Assembly: GCF_001194135.2 (NCBI RefSeq)
Contig: NC_068984.1
Span: 63,759,908 to 63,802,413, forward strand
Reading direction: 5' to 3'
From: Octopus bimaculoides
Taxonomy: Eukaryota
DNA: 42,506 bases
Positions within the stretch are counted from its first letter, which is position 1. Every line of letters starts with the position of its first letter. Below are positions 1 through 11,070 of this stretch, in pieces. Below the pieces are notes generated by a model. The model made no database searches and was not told where the DNA came from. It saw nothing but the letters and a program-made list of their open reading frames with translations. The translations under genes were made by a program, and so were the position numbers.

Positions 1-58
<58 letters not shown>

Positions 59-72
59 TGTATGTATATATG
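1..72. repeat. (TA)n/(TATG)n microsatellite
   Basis: Direct reading. Confidence 0.98.
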
Positions 73-1046
73 AGTGTACGTATTTGCATCCTTCTGCTTG
101 ACTAATGTATAGTTCTCTCTTAATGGCTGTAGTTCTAATTGTTATATCACGTGATGTTGAAACTAAAGTAAGCAAGTTAAAATTACGAATTCTGAATACA
201 ATTGATGTTAACATACTAGCCCGGTGTTAATTTGAAAGTTTGAACTTGAAAGTAATAAAACTAGCGCATCGTTATTTCGTTCTCTCTAATTTAGCTGTAT
301 GGAATCAATGGAAGCCAGTCGTACAGATACAATTATATCTCCCATCACACAGTACGAGAGAAGCCTGTTCTGAGAATTTGTTGATTTCTAACGAGTTTAT
401 ACAGGCAATATTTCTCTCTCATAATGGGAAATACTAAAACGTACACGGAATTTTATAGAGTTTTCATGATTTCCTATTATACATTTACAGGAAGACTATG
501 AAATTATAAAAACATGATTAGGCTTTATTTTTCCAATACACATTTAAATGATTGTAATATAGCCGTGGTTTGGTGTTATTATTAGATTTAACGTTACAGG
601 GATGTGAGGACTTTATTGAATTAACATCCATCTAACAAGGACTTTTAACTTTGTCTGTTACAAAAAAATAAAATAAAATAACTTAACTTTTGTATATTTT
701 ATCTGTAGTCGATTGAAGGCTCAAGACCTATCTATTTGTATAACCTGAAAATCTTTATCTGTTGACCTATGCTTTGTTAAGCTAAATAAATGTTTTCTAT
801 ATTCTCTCATTCTTACTATCCATATATATACCGATTTAAATTAGTGAGTATGTATTTTATTTCACATGTAAGTCACGTACCTAGAAGTATGTATATCAGT
901 GTGTTTATACTTTTGCGTTGCCGGGTGTATGTTTGTAAGTATTTGCTTATATATTAGATTTAAAAGTAAATATATATATATACATATGAATGAACACTGA
1001 AACCTAGCAATAGTATAAATTTAGAAATGTCAAAGGAGAAATACTC

Positions 1047-1145
1047 AATTAAATTGAACCGATATATTACTGGCTATTATTTGATTTATCTCTGAATGGG
1101 AAAAGGTAAATTCTGCCGACTCTGTATTTCAGTTTAGAACTGCAA
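1047..1145 (-). mobile_element. Highly decayed SINE remnant of the same family as 14463-14676
   Basis: ACTGGCTATTATTTGATTTATCTCTGAATGGGAAAAGGTAAATTCTGCCGACTCTGTATTTCAGTTTAGAAC loosely matches the reverse complement of the SINE body. Confidence 0.4.
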
Positions 1146-1389
1146 ACTTTAGCGTATGTTATAGGTTCTTTAAATCGCCCTCGATTTGCAATTGTTTTAT
1201 GAAGAAACAATGACTAAGACAATAAACGGCGTGTGTGTATTGAGTAAAGTTCTCGCAGTTAACTTTTCCACACATTCACTTCCATTTCGCTTCACAGAGC
1301 TGTCAGTTTCATTTGCTCCGGTTTAATTATGTAAGAGTGCAGAGCTACGTTTTGTTAAACGTCTCACTGGGTCACTTTTTACGATAGTT

Positions 1390-2289
1390 AACACCCAAGT
1401 ACCAATCTCAAGATCCTACTTGTCCTCATTGAAGAAATTTTGCAGCTTACTCTATCACAATTTCTCCCCAAAATTTCTCAACCGCACTTGTTAATGCTCC
1501 CAGTGAAACTATAACTACTACTTAAATAGCAGTTACTCTCTTTTTTCAATCTATTCCAATACTTTATCACCCACTCCTGCATTCTCATGTATGGCACTAT
1601 CTATGGTCTTGTCCCCAATTTGAGTTTAGCACTACACCAATGTCTGGTGTCTGCGTATCAATCACTGAGTCACAAGGAATAGTAAAGTCACATAAAATCA
1701 TATACTCATTCTTGGTGACACATTTTGATTTATATTCGTACCATTTCTCTGCTCATTCAAGACCGAACTTCTCACATAATCTTCGGTGAAGACACTTGCT
1801 ACATCATGTATCGTTTTGTATCTCCCATGGGCTCACTCATAATATGTAAGATTGTTTCGGTTTTGATGCCACACATCCTACAAGCGGTGAGCCACTGTGA
1901 TTATCTATTTGGAACTTGGTGTAATCAGTTCTCAGAGATTGTTCCTGGGCGCTGCATATCAATGCCTCAGTGAATCCTTTCATATCCCTTTCCGTTAGCA
2001 ACTTCCGGGGATTCGTCTTACTTTTCCGTTCCCTTTCTCAGAGGCATTGCACATGCATCGCTTTCATTTTTCATTTGTTTAATCTGTGTTCTTCATCGTT
2101 GTTTCCTAAAATTATTTTATGTGGGCCACATTTTCACTAGGTATCGTGTTGCTTCTAACAGCAGCGAACAAATGTTCAATTAGCTGCATGATGTACCGTC
2201 CCAGATGGTTTTCTTCGCTGATAAAAGATCTTGCATCCTATGAAAACTCCTCCTCCTCCTCCTCCTCTTCCTTTTTATCTTAGTACATA
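1390..2289 (-). mobile_element. R4/Dong-like non-LTR retrotransposon, decayed 3' part (CCHC zinc knuckle plus restriction-like endonuclease region)
   Basis: Minus-strand translation with frameshifts gives EALICSAQEQSLRTDYTKFQID, CRMCGIKTETILHIMSE, LCEKFGLE*AEKWYEY, ILCDFTIPCDSVIDTQTPDI and VVIVSLGAL. These match the C-terminal motif order of R4/Dong-clade ORFs (AQEQALRT...CRxC..ETIxHI...ILWDFxIQTD..PDI..VVxGALG). Confidence 0.85.
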
Positions 2290-3600
2290 CAAGTGGGTAC
2301 CCAAAAGTAACCGGAAACGTTCTCTGTGAGACAAGTACATTGTAGTTCAGGCTTCTGCTGCTAAAAGCCAATTCACACAGGCATCAGTCTGCCAACTAGC
2401 GTCGTTGTGCAACGTGGTGCGTCTTTGTTTGCCGTGCACCACTCCTGTTCACCAATTGTTTTTTTTTTTTTGCGGTGGCTGAAGCGGAGAAACAGCTTGC
2501 TTCCATGAAATTCTGTTTTATGCTGGGGGAAACGACGGCCGAAACAGCTACCATAGTTCAAACAGCTACCATAGTTCAAACAGCTGCCATAGTTCAAACA
2601 GCTTACAAGTGCGCTGCCATGAGCAAAGCACAAGTTTACGAGTGGTTTTCCCCCTTTTGCAATGAGCACCTGTCACTTGAAGACCAACCACGCTCAGGCT
2701 AACTGTCGACCTCCCGAAACAATGAAAACATCATGAAGATTCATGAACTGATCTTTGAAAACCGTCGCCAAACAATTGACAAACTTGTTGATAGTGTGTC
2801 CTGGAGCTCCTGCCAACGAATTTTGAGGGAGGAATTATAAATTAAAAAAGTTGCACCTCGCTTGGTCACGGAAGATCAAAAGTTGTAACGACCGAATGTG
2901 TGTCTGTGAATTGGAAGAATAGGTGGAAGTTGATCTGAACATTTTTCCAAAGGTCACTGGTGACGAAAGTTGGTGATACGGCTACGACCCGAAAACAAAG
3001 CAGCAATAAAATCAATGGAAGCATTCAATGTCACCCCGCGTCCCCCAGATCGTGTCAAGAGAAGTCAAATATCAAGACGATGCTGATTTTATTCATCGAA
3101 GCGACAAGAATTGTTCATACAGAATTTGTTCTTCCTGGTCAAACTGCTAACCCGGCATTTTACTTCGCAGTTCTGAAGCGTTCTGAAAATGCCCCGACCT
3201 GTGGCAAAATGGAGATCGGTAGATTCATCAGGACAATGCACCTGCGCACACCACTTTGAGTGTGGGACAGTGTTGGCCCAAAATGGCATGACCACGCTTA
3301 CCTACCCACCCTATTCGCCCGATCTTGCTCCCTACGACTGGTTTTTGTTCCTCCTAATGAAAAGAGTACTTCAAGGAAAACGTTTTGCAGATGTGAAAGA
3401 TGTGAAGAAAAAAACCGACGGAGGCGTTAAAGACAACACTTTGCAAGAGTTCCAGGACTGTTTCGAACAGAGGAAAACATATCTGAACAAACGCGTTGCT
3501 TCAAATGGAGAATACTTTGAAGTCAAAAAAATGGAAATATATAAAACTAAATGAATAAAATAATATTGCAAAATTCACGTTTGTCTTTGGTACACCCTCG
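2290..3600 (+). mobile_element. Full-length (1311 bp) degenerate mariner DNA transposon, DD34D type
   Basis: TA flanks both ends (2288-2289, 3601-3602). Imperfect TIRs CAAGTGGGTACCCAAAAGTAACCGGAA vs revcomp CGAGGGTGTACCAAAGACAAACGTGAA match at 18/27. Transposase motifs: KFCFMLGETTAETA, YEWF..F..LEDQPRSG, VTGDESW (~2953), QDNAPAH (~3230), YPPYSPDLAPYDWFLF. Multiple frameshifts and stops. Confidence 0.95.
2542..2603 (+). repeat. 18-bp tandem repeat (AAACAGCTACCATAGTTC x~3.4) inside the mariner transposase N-terminus
   Basis: Units start at 2542, 2560 and 2578, with a partial unit at 2596. In-frame translation is TATIVQ-TATIVQ-TAAIVQ-TA. Confidence 0.95.
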
Positions 3601-4190
3601 TACTGTCTACCGATATCGCTTTCAGAGTGCAGCTCCTTGTTCACTGTCATCACTTACCTGTTTTTTCTATCCATTTCCTCAAGTTCGGTCTTTGTCAGTC
3701 TAACAGCACCTGCACCGTATCGTATTAAGGAGACTGCCCCTTTATTCATGGCGCCGTTCTTATTATTAACGTTGTGTCTATACACTATAATTAATTTGGT
3801 TTTCTGAGGTATTCTCGCCTCTAGCTTTCCTTCATCGAACTCTCCTTGATTTCGTTATGCTCCAAAGTACCCGACTGTGTTCAAACAATTTTTTTCTCGC
3901 TTAGAATTCACAGACTCAGCTAATATAACAAAACCTTCATTTTATGGTTACAGTTATGCTAGCGCTTGTACTCTATGATTACAAGCTTAATGCTTTCACT
4001 AAAGAGATGCTTCATATTTTCGCCTCCTTTTTCATAGATTCTGCTTTTGACCACTGTGCGTATTTTAACAATCTATACCATCATCAGAACAATTCTAATG
4101 GCTTGCATCACAGTGGTTACAATTCATTGTCTTCATTCAGATTTCTCTCCGTCAGCAGCAATCAGCTTTCTTTACATATTTGATTCATTG
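3601..4190 (-). mobile_element. R4/Dong-like LINE, upstream part of the copy interrupted by the mariner (post-RT region)
   Basis: Minus strand reads LEHNEIKESSMKE..REYLRK..AVSLIRYGAGAVRLTKTELEEMDRKNR*VMTVNKELHSESDIGRQY. After removing the mariner and one TA it continues as VLR*KGRG. Confidence 0.85.
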
Positions 4191-4329
4191 CATGAATTCT
4201 TCATTTAATTCCATCTCGTAATTATTTGTCCTACCATACTTTCTTCTAATTTTGAATTCTACTTTCTCAGTAATGTTTTGCATATTTCTATCTGCCCATA
4301 GTATACTTTCAGCACTACATAGAACTTAG

Positions 4330-4830
4330 TTCAGCAAACATCAAATTGTTAATGGTGTTATCTGTATGTAATAAGCATTTGTATTGATCCTTTCTTGTTA
4401 GGTAGTGCTTATCGATATTACTTCTAGAGTAGTGACCATTCAGTATTGGGTGCAGATTCCTAATTTTTCTCTCGGATTCCTCTAGCTCTGTCTTAGACTA
4501 TTTTCGAAAAGAAGCCGTGGATCGTAATACTGGCATGTTCCATGTATTCATTACGTTGATAATATTCTGTCTGTTTTTTTTTTCTTTTCGAACGTCTTCC
4601 TAATGCCTCTTTTGATATCTTTGGAGATATTCTTTCTCGTATCTCCTTTCCATTGCGACATCATCATGCAACATCCTAGTTATCTTCATTGTTCATTATT
4701 TCACAATTATCTATGACATTTTTATGCTGTAATTTTACACCATTAGAGTTTATCTTCACGCCTCTTTTCATAATTAATACAGCGCACTCATTTACCCAAA
4801 CTCATACTGAATACTCTTGCCGTTTAGATT
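4330..4830 (-). mobile_element. Second, independent R4/Dong-like LINE fragment covering the same post-RT region
   Basis: Minus strand reads ECAVLIMKRG...NIINVMNTWNMPVLRSTA..SKTELEESERKIRNLHP..SRSNIDKHYLTRKG (cf. KCAVLxMKRG..AINTWAVPVLRY..ELxxLDRKTRK..HPxSDxxRLYLxRKxGGRG). Confidence 0.7.
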
Positions 4831-7149
4831 AGAAAATTGAAATGGTTTTCATTCTTTGTGTACATTTTCCGGTGATACATACATATTAAGAATTTTATTT
4901 TCACTCTGTTTTCGACAAAGTCTTAGGCTGGCCTGGAATTTAACAATATGCTTGTGAGAGTGATTAACATAATTAAAAAATAATAATGAAGTCAACATTT
5001 TATATGCAGTCAACAACCAAACTGACAGAGATATCCAATGAGAAAATTTTGAGTCAGAATACCTGCACACCACCAGGTTCAAAGGCATTCTATTTTAGTA
5101 TTTGTTTTAAACTATTTTGCATTTCACTTGAAAACTTCCATAGACTGTCTAATTCCATTTTATCTACATGTTGGTTCGCGATTAATTCCTGTTGAATCTA
5201 GAGCTCTTGAAGCGCTTCTATTTTGAGCTAGACTGAAGGTAAGTTGTGTTGGCGTATGCAAATGACCTTTTCATAACAGCCATATACACCAAAGAACAGG
5301 AGGTACTTAATGACATTCTAATTAAAGTATTGGTGATTGCAGAATTAAATTATATATTCGGACATGTTGGTGATTGAGCTCGAAAATTGAAAACCAAGCC
5401 ATCGAGCAGCTCATTGTTTGCCGGACAGAGAAAGTGGCTAAGGAGATCGGGGGTCAGTTTAGTTTGACAACAAGTTATGCGAAGGAACAGGGAACGGAGC
5501 TTTTCTGTTTGGCAGCAACTGTGGAAATTTCAATGTTTATTAGAAATTTGAAAATTTGATATATTGACATAATTTGCCATGCTGAATCGCATGAAACATT
5601 TCAGTTTTTCCAGAAAAAAATTTCAAAAAGTTAGCGGTTTAAAGTTTGATCATTAATTACTCATTATACAGGATTTGGAAGCTATCATTTTGTGCGTGAC
5701 AGGACGTGTTGTCAAATGTAAACAAATGAAATATTGGCGGAATTCTACTGTACTCATGCCATATAAAACTTCATAGCACTTTTTATTGTTTGGAATTTTT
5801 AGAAGATTTTTGCACACGCGAATTCATATGATTATGAAAAATAAAAAAAAACAAAAATCGGGTTCGTTACTTAGGGCCTATTTAGTTGTTATTTTTAGCC
5901 CGTCTCACGAGCACCTTAATGAGTAGAATATATCTATCGACACATGTTCTTTCTCGCAGACAAAAGAGTTCTCATGCTTGGCTTGCTACTCTGTAAACAG
6001 GCTTACATTTGGCTAAAATTACCCCAAAACTTGTAAGATTTAAACATTATTAAGTCATTATTTATTGATTTATGGCGAAAATTAATTTTGTGTCAACGAT
6101 TAACGTACAAAACTATCATTACACCAAATATGGAATCAATTTGAACAAACATTGAAGAAATTGAAATGTGGTAGCCAAACAGAAAAGATCCATGGGACAA
6201 ATTACGAACAGGGTAGCTAGCTTCATTCAGAAATCGATTTAGGGAAATTTATTCATCTAATGTTGAGATCCGCTCACTAATTATGTAACATCCGTCATCT
6301 ACTGCTGGCTGAAAAACTTGCTTTACTCTGAAAGTATTCGAGCGTTTGCACTGTTGTTCCTTGTGTGTTTGTGTGTGCACACATGTGTGTGTGTGTGAAA
6401 TTAACACCTTCTACTGATCAGGCGTTCCATCTACCGTAAAAGAACTGCGTGTATTATTGAGTACGACATATGTAAAATTCTCTTTATACACAAAGTTTGC
6501 AAGTTCTCGCGTTTCTGTGACGGAGAAAACATGTGGTAATCGTTCATGAGGTGCGTTTCTCTACTGCAGGTCTCTTTGGCAGATCTGGATTATGTAAAAG
6601 TCAAAATTGGAAGCTTGTCATCGTTTATATATTTAAGCGTCAGCTTGATATCACGAAGTATATTTTAGTATTTCCCCTTATGAGAGAGAGATAATGCTTG
6701 AATAATCACAAGGTATCTTTCCACGGGTAAAAGAATCTACAGACACTGCTATTTGGCAAACTGAGTGAGTGAAAGGTGCAAAGGTCAGCCTGAGAGTGAT
6801 GGTGGAGCCGATGTAGCAAGAGGGATTACGTCCTCTAAGCCCATTTCTGAGTGAGGCTGTCCACCCTGATCGTAACCGTCTCACATTTCACCCTGGAAGA
6901 ACACGCAAGCATTCAATTCATATAACTAATTTTCAATCAGTGCCAAACAGTCCCATTTATCAAATGCATCAGAAAAGATATATATGAATTTAGGTCATGG
7001 TAATTAGACGTGTTATCCGAGATTAAAATCACTTTATATCATAAATAACTTTTATTGTCACAATAATGAGAGCAATCATATTAATTTAAAATGTCATTTA
7101 ATACAAATCTATAAATATTTACCAATAATATCAAACTAGTGCAAGACAA

Positions 7150-7957
7150 TATAATTAATAATCAATGTTTCCACAAGATGAAATATGTATTTAAGAATCT
7201 GATTCAACGTGAAGTTTCCCCATAGGATTCTTCAAGTAATTAAGAAATGATATTACTTTTCAAATAAAGTAAATATAATTATACAGTTCGTATAATGAAT
7301 ATGTGTGTGTGTGTGTGTGTATTTCATGTAGATTTGTACATATGGATGGATGGATGGATGTATGTATGTATGGATGTATGTATGTATGGATGGATAGGTG
7401 GGTGGGGGAGTGCATGGATGGAAGGATGTTTATCATTATAAATACTGTATTTTGTGTGTTAAGTGTAAAAATAGATTTCCTGCGGCTTCCTCCTATGTTT
7501 AGAACTCCACGAGTATTCTCATCTTTCACTCTGCATCCGGTATCTTGGTTAAACAATTACTATACTTTGCAGTATTATTTAGTTAAGATATCGAGAGCAA
7601 ATATATGAAAAATCTCGGTAAATATAAGTGTGTATTATTTATCCCTACATCTATTTGAATGTTTTGGCTGTTTGGATCCGTGCGGTGGATGTTCCAACTG
7701 TAATTGGATTTTTGACCACCACACATCAACAGGGAACACTTTACTGCATTAAATTTCTTACACCCTTTCTGTTTAGGCATTATATAAATAAAGTCATCAA
7801 AGTTTGAATTACAGATATTTATAACCAATTTGATACTGTCAACTGTGCAATATCATTAGAATGAAATACTCCATTAATATACCGAGCTGTCTGTGATGCT
7901 GTATATCCAAGAAAAAAAGTCATATTTCTGAACTGTACGAATTTGCGACTTACCCAT
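7150..7957 (-). pseudogene. Unknown-family paralogue remnant P1 (N- and C-terminal motifs, one frameshift, microsatellite insertion)
   Basis: cag|ATGG|gtaagt at 7957-7954 and an acceptor at 7899 give MASQTARYINGVFHSNDIA, then a frameshift to VDSIKLVINICNSNFDDFIYIMPKQKGC (ORF 7583-7828). LHVESDS lies at 7214-7194. Motifs are shared with the other remnants in the window. Confidence 0.5.
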
Positions 7958-8139
7958 CTGAAAAAAAAAATAGCAACAAAAAAATATTTATAAATACTTT
8001 ATAAAGCACAAAATGAGTTGCAATAAAGAAATAGCTGCGTCAGCTTTCTAACAAAATATAAAGATTGTCAAAATATAATAATGGCGCAAAATGAGCAGCT
8101 GCTTAAGTATACCATATACCTTACTAAAATTTCATACTT

Positions 8140-8509
8140 GACGACCTAATATATATACATACAGATATACACATACAGACGCCCAAACACTCATACATAT
8201 GTACACACATACACATTTAGTCATNNNNNNNNNNNNNNNNNNNNNNNNNNNNNNNNNNNNNNNNNNNNNNNNNNNNNNNNNNNNNNNNNNNNNNNNNNNN
8301 NNNNNNNNNNNNNNNNNNNNNNNNNNNNNNNNNNNNNNNNNNNNNNNNNNNNNNNNNNNNNNNNNNNNNNNNNNNNNNNNNNNNNNNNNNNNNNNNNNNN
8401 NNNNNNNNNNNNNNNNNNNNNNNNNNNNNNNNNNNNNNNNNNNNNNNNNNNNNNNNNNNNNNNNNNNNNNNNNNNNNNNNNNNNNNNNNNNNNNNNNNNN
8501 NNNNNNNNN

Positions 8510-8548
<39 letters not shown>

Positions 8549-8680
8549 CAAACATAGATGCATGCATACAGACATTTATATATATATATATATATACACA
8601 CACGTAATTATATATCGATATCTATTTCTATATATATATATGGGGGGGGGGCTGTATACACGAGAGAGAGAGAGAGAGAG
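8140..8680. repeat. Compound TA/CA/GA microsatellite around an assembly gap (N 8225-8509)
   Basis: Direct reading. Confidence 0.95.
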
Positions 8681-9276
8681 GTAGTAATGCATCCTGACCT
8701 TGCTAAGTAACAAGAATAATTCCGTCAGATGTAGTCAATATGTGAATATTTAATCAATTATTACCCTGTCATATCAAAAATTATTTCACCTATAGGAATA
8801 TATATTGAAAACAGAGAAATAACATTATGAAAAAATAAACTACTTCGACACTTCAGAAATTGTTTACTGCTGCGTCTCTAATTAAATACACCTGTGCAAA
8901 TTTTTCAGACTGAGAGATTCATCCTTGAGTTTGTTTACTGAAATATTCTATAAGTATATGCAGTACAACATTTCTATATAACTAATTTCTAATTAAAATA
9001 TGGAATAGCCCAAAGCCTCGATATTGAATGTATTTATGAATGAAGATAGGATTTAAAAAATTTTAATATTTGTGAAATATGTTGGCTAGTTCAAGAATAA
9101 TATATTTTTACAACAAATGTTATTCTTACATCAGTTCATATTGATTTATATGAATATACTAAAATACTAATACATTAATTTAATCCATCATCTATATTCG
9201 CGCCTGCATGCGTGGGTCGCGTTTATACGTGGATACGGACATGCAATTTAGAGATATGTATAAAGATGCAGAATTT

Positions 9277-9318
<42 letters not shown>

Positions 9319-9412
9319 GGTGTGTGTGTGTGTGTGCATGTGTGTGTGTGTGTATATATAACTGCCTAGCCATTTCTTTCTGTATGTGTATATATATATA
9401 TATATATATATA
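9277..9412. repeat. (TA)n(TG)n(TA)n compound microsatellite
   Basis: Direct reading. Confidence 0.97.
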
Positions 9413-9540
9413 AAGTCGTAAAATACAGTGCATATTTGAATACATAAGAGGAATTCACTCATGGGATTCTTTATGCTAGAAAGAACAGCTAGGTTCTAGA
9501 CCCACAAAATTAAGGATAAAACCCCGAAAGGAAGGGGCGA

Positions 9541-9738
9541 AATGAAAAAATAAAAATTTTACCATCTATTTTCCTGGACCAATTCGTTTCTGACTTTAGT
9601 TTAGCAAATAATATAATTTGCTAGGCGAAGTCGTTATCTACAGGTACACCTTAGATCAAAATATATAACCACACGGCAATGAATTATATGCCTCTCGTTT
9701 ATACATCCTAATCTTTCCAATCTCCTGCGCAAGCGCAG
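9541..9738. repeat. Copy A of a duplicated four-motif module (copy B at 27941-28134); promoter/first exon or MITE interior
   Basis: Collinear motifs AATGAAAAAATAAAAATTTTACC, TTAGCAAATAATATAATTTGCTAGGCGAA (9601-9629, 28/29 identical to B), TCGTTTATACAT and CGCAAGCGCAG with near-identical spacing. Confidence 0.75.
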
Positions 9739-9928
9739 CGCCTTGTCGGCAATAGAAAAATTCCAACTTATAAAATTCGAAAATTATCCTAAAAACTTAG
9801 AAAACTGGAAATTAATAAAAATTTTCACTTTCAGTCGCCTAGCGTATAAAAATTTTTAAACGTTAGGCCACTGGAATTTTATCAATTTCCATTTCCCTTC
9901 GATATGATTAAGTATATATATATATATG

Positions 9929-9960
<32 letters not shown>

Positions 9961-9996
9961 CGCATACATTTGGACACATATATATATATATATACT

Positions 9997-10028
<32 letters not shown>

Positions 10029-10363
10029 CATATATTTATGCATATATATTTATACATAAATACATATGCCTGTATGTGTATTAAAATGATGATAGAGTTA
10101 GACACAATCAGTTGCAAATAAGTTAAGATTGACGTCAATATTTAAAGAGAAATTTTTCTGAAATTATTTTCATTCTAATAGTTTTAGTAGTTTGGAAGAT
10201 AGTAGCAGCGACTAGATTGCAGAAAATTCTGGAAATTAAATTTGTAATATATCGCAGATATTAACTAGGTTTCCAATAGATAATTTCTAATATGCTTATT
10301 TCATCTAGTTTTTATAAATTTGTTGCTAATCTTCTTCAAATAAATATTATGTATTTCTACCGG

Positions 10364-11070
10364 TTATCTACCATTTTTAGGAAGTGAAGCACTGCTCAAG
10401 ACATCTAACGGCTGCATATAGTGAACAGCTGACTTTTGTAGAAATATTGCATTAGATATATCTGTTTTCCGTACTTTCTTAAAAATCGTGGCCTTACAAG
10501 AATATGGTTCGTGATAGATGTCATATAACTTTCGTTCAACCTCATTGAGTAAAATTATATTTAATAGCCTTCCGTAATTGATTGTCTGCTTTTTCTTCAT
10601 TTTTTATATCTATAAGTTCTCCATTGGAAACATCCTCGATAAATTCAATGAGGGCCATTGCATTATTGCAGGCATAAGGTAATATTTCTAAAACTATTTG
10701 CTATATATTTTGTAAAATGCCGGCAAATGTAAGACGTGTCAATGAATGAAAACTACATCAGGAAGAATTTGTATTTTGAATATCTAGAAACATTGGTTAA
10801 GATTGTAATTAAAACTGGTAATCTTCTCATTCTAGCAAAGCTCAGATTTAACTATAAGTATGACTCTATTTTTGTAAGTTGGCTATTAAACATATTTGTT
10901 TATTAAGTGATTCAAGTTTTAGAATGAAATATTATAAGAGAAATTAAAGTGTGGAAAAAAAGTATATTTGTAAGGTGCATCCTAGAGCATTTCAAGCTTC
11001 AGTTTAAAAGTTCAGACAAATAGACTGGTGTAACTTAATAGCATGAAGTTAGAAATACCATTTCTCAGTG
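10364..11070 (-). pseudogene. Unknown-family paralogue remnant P2
   Basis: EILPYACNNAMALIEFIEDVSNGELIDIKNEEKADNQLRKAIKYNF, frameshift near 10550, then LNEVERKLYDIYHEPY...IFLQKSAVHYMQPLDVL (ORF 10364-10600). LRNGI lies ~545 nt upstream of the IYHE motif, similar to the spacing in P7. Confidence 0.55.

Noticed and set aside
5190-5245. Exon-like segment ending GAAG|gtaagt
   Set aside because: It has stops in all three frames, a weak acceptor and no partner exon.
5290-5885. Repeat-like segment resembling a DNA-transposon end
   Set aside because: No matching TIR, TSD or transposase motif was found.
8892-8937. 46-nt minus-strand exon candidate between module A and P1
   Set aside because: Splice sites are only moderate and there is no counterpart near module B. 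It cannot be supported without RNA data.
9541-9670. Spliced-leader or U6-like small RNA gene (TATA, ~110 nt, GT donor, U-rich Sm-like tract)
   Set aside because: The two copies are too divergent in the putative leader and there is no similarity to known snRNA sequence.
9839-9852. 14-mer CTAGCGTATAAAAA repeated at 27775-27788
   Set aside because: It lies on opposite sides of the duplicated module in the two copies and the match does not extend, so it may be chance.
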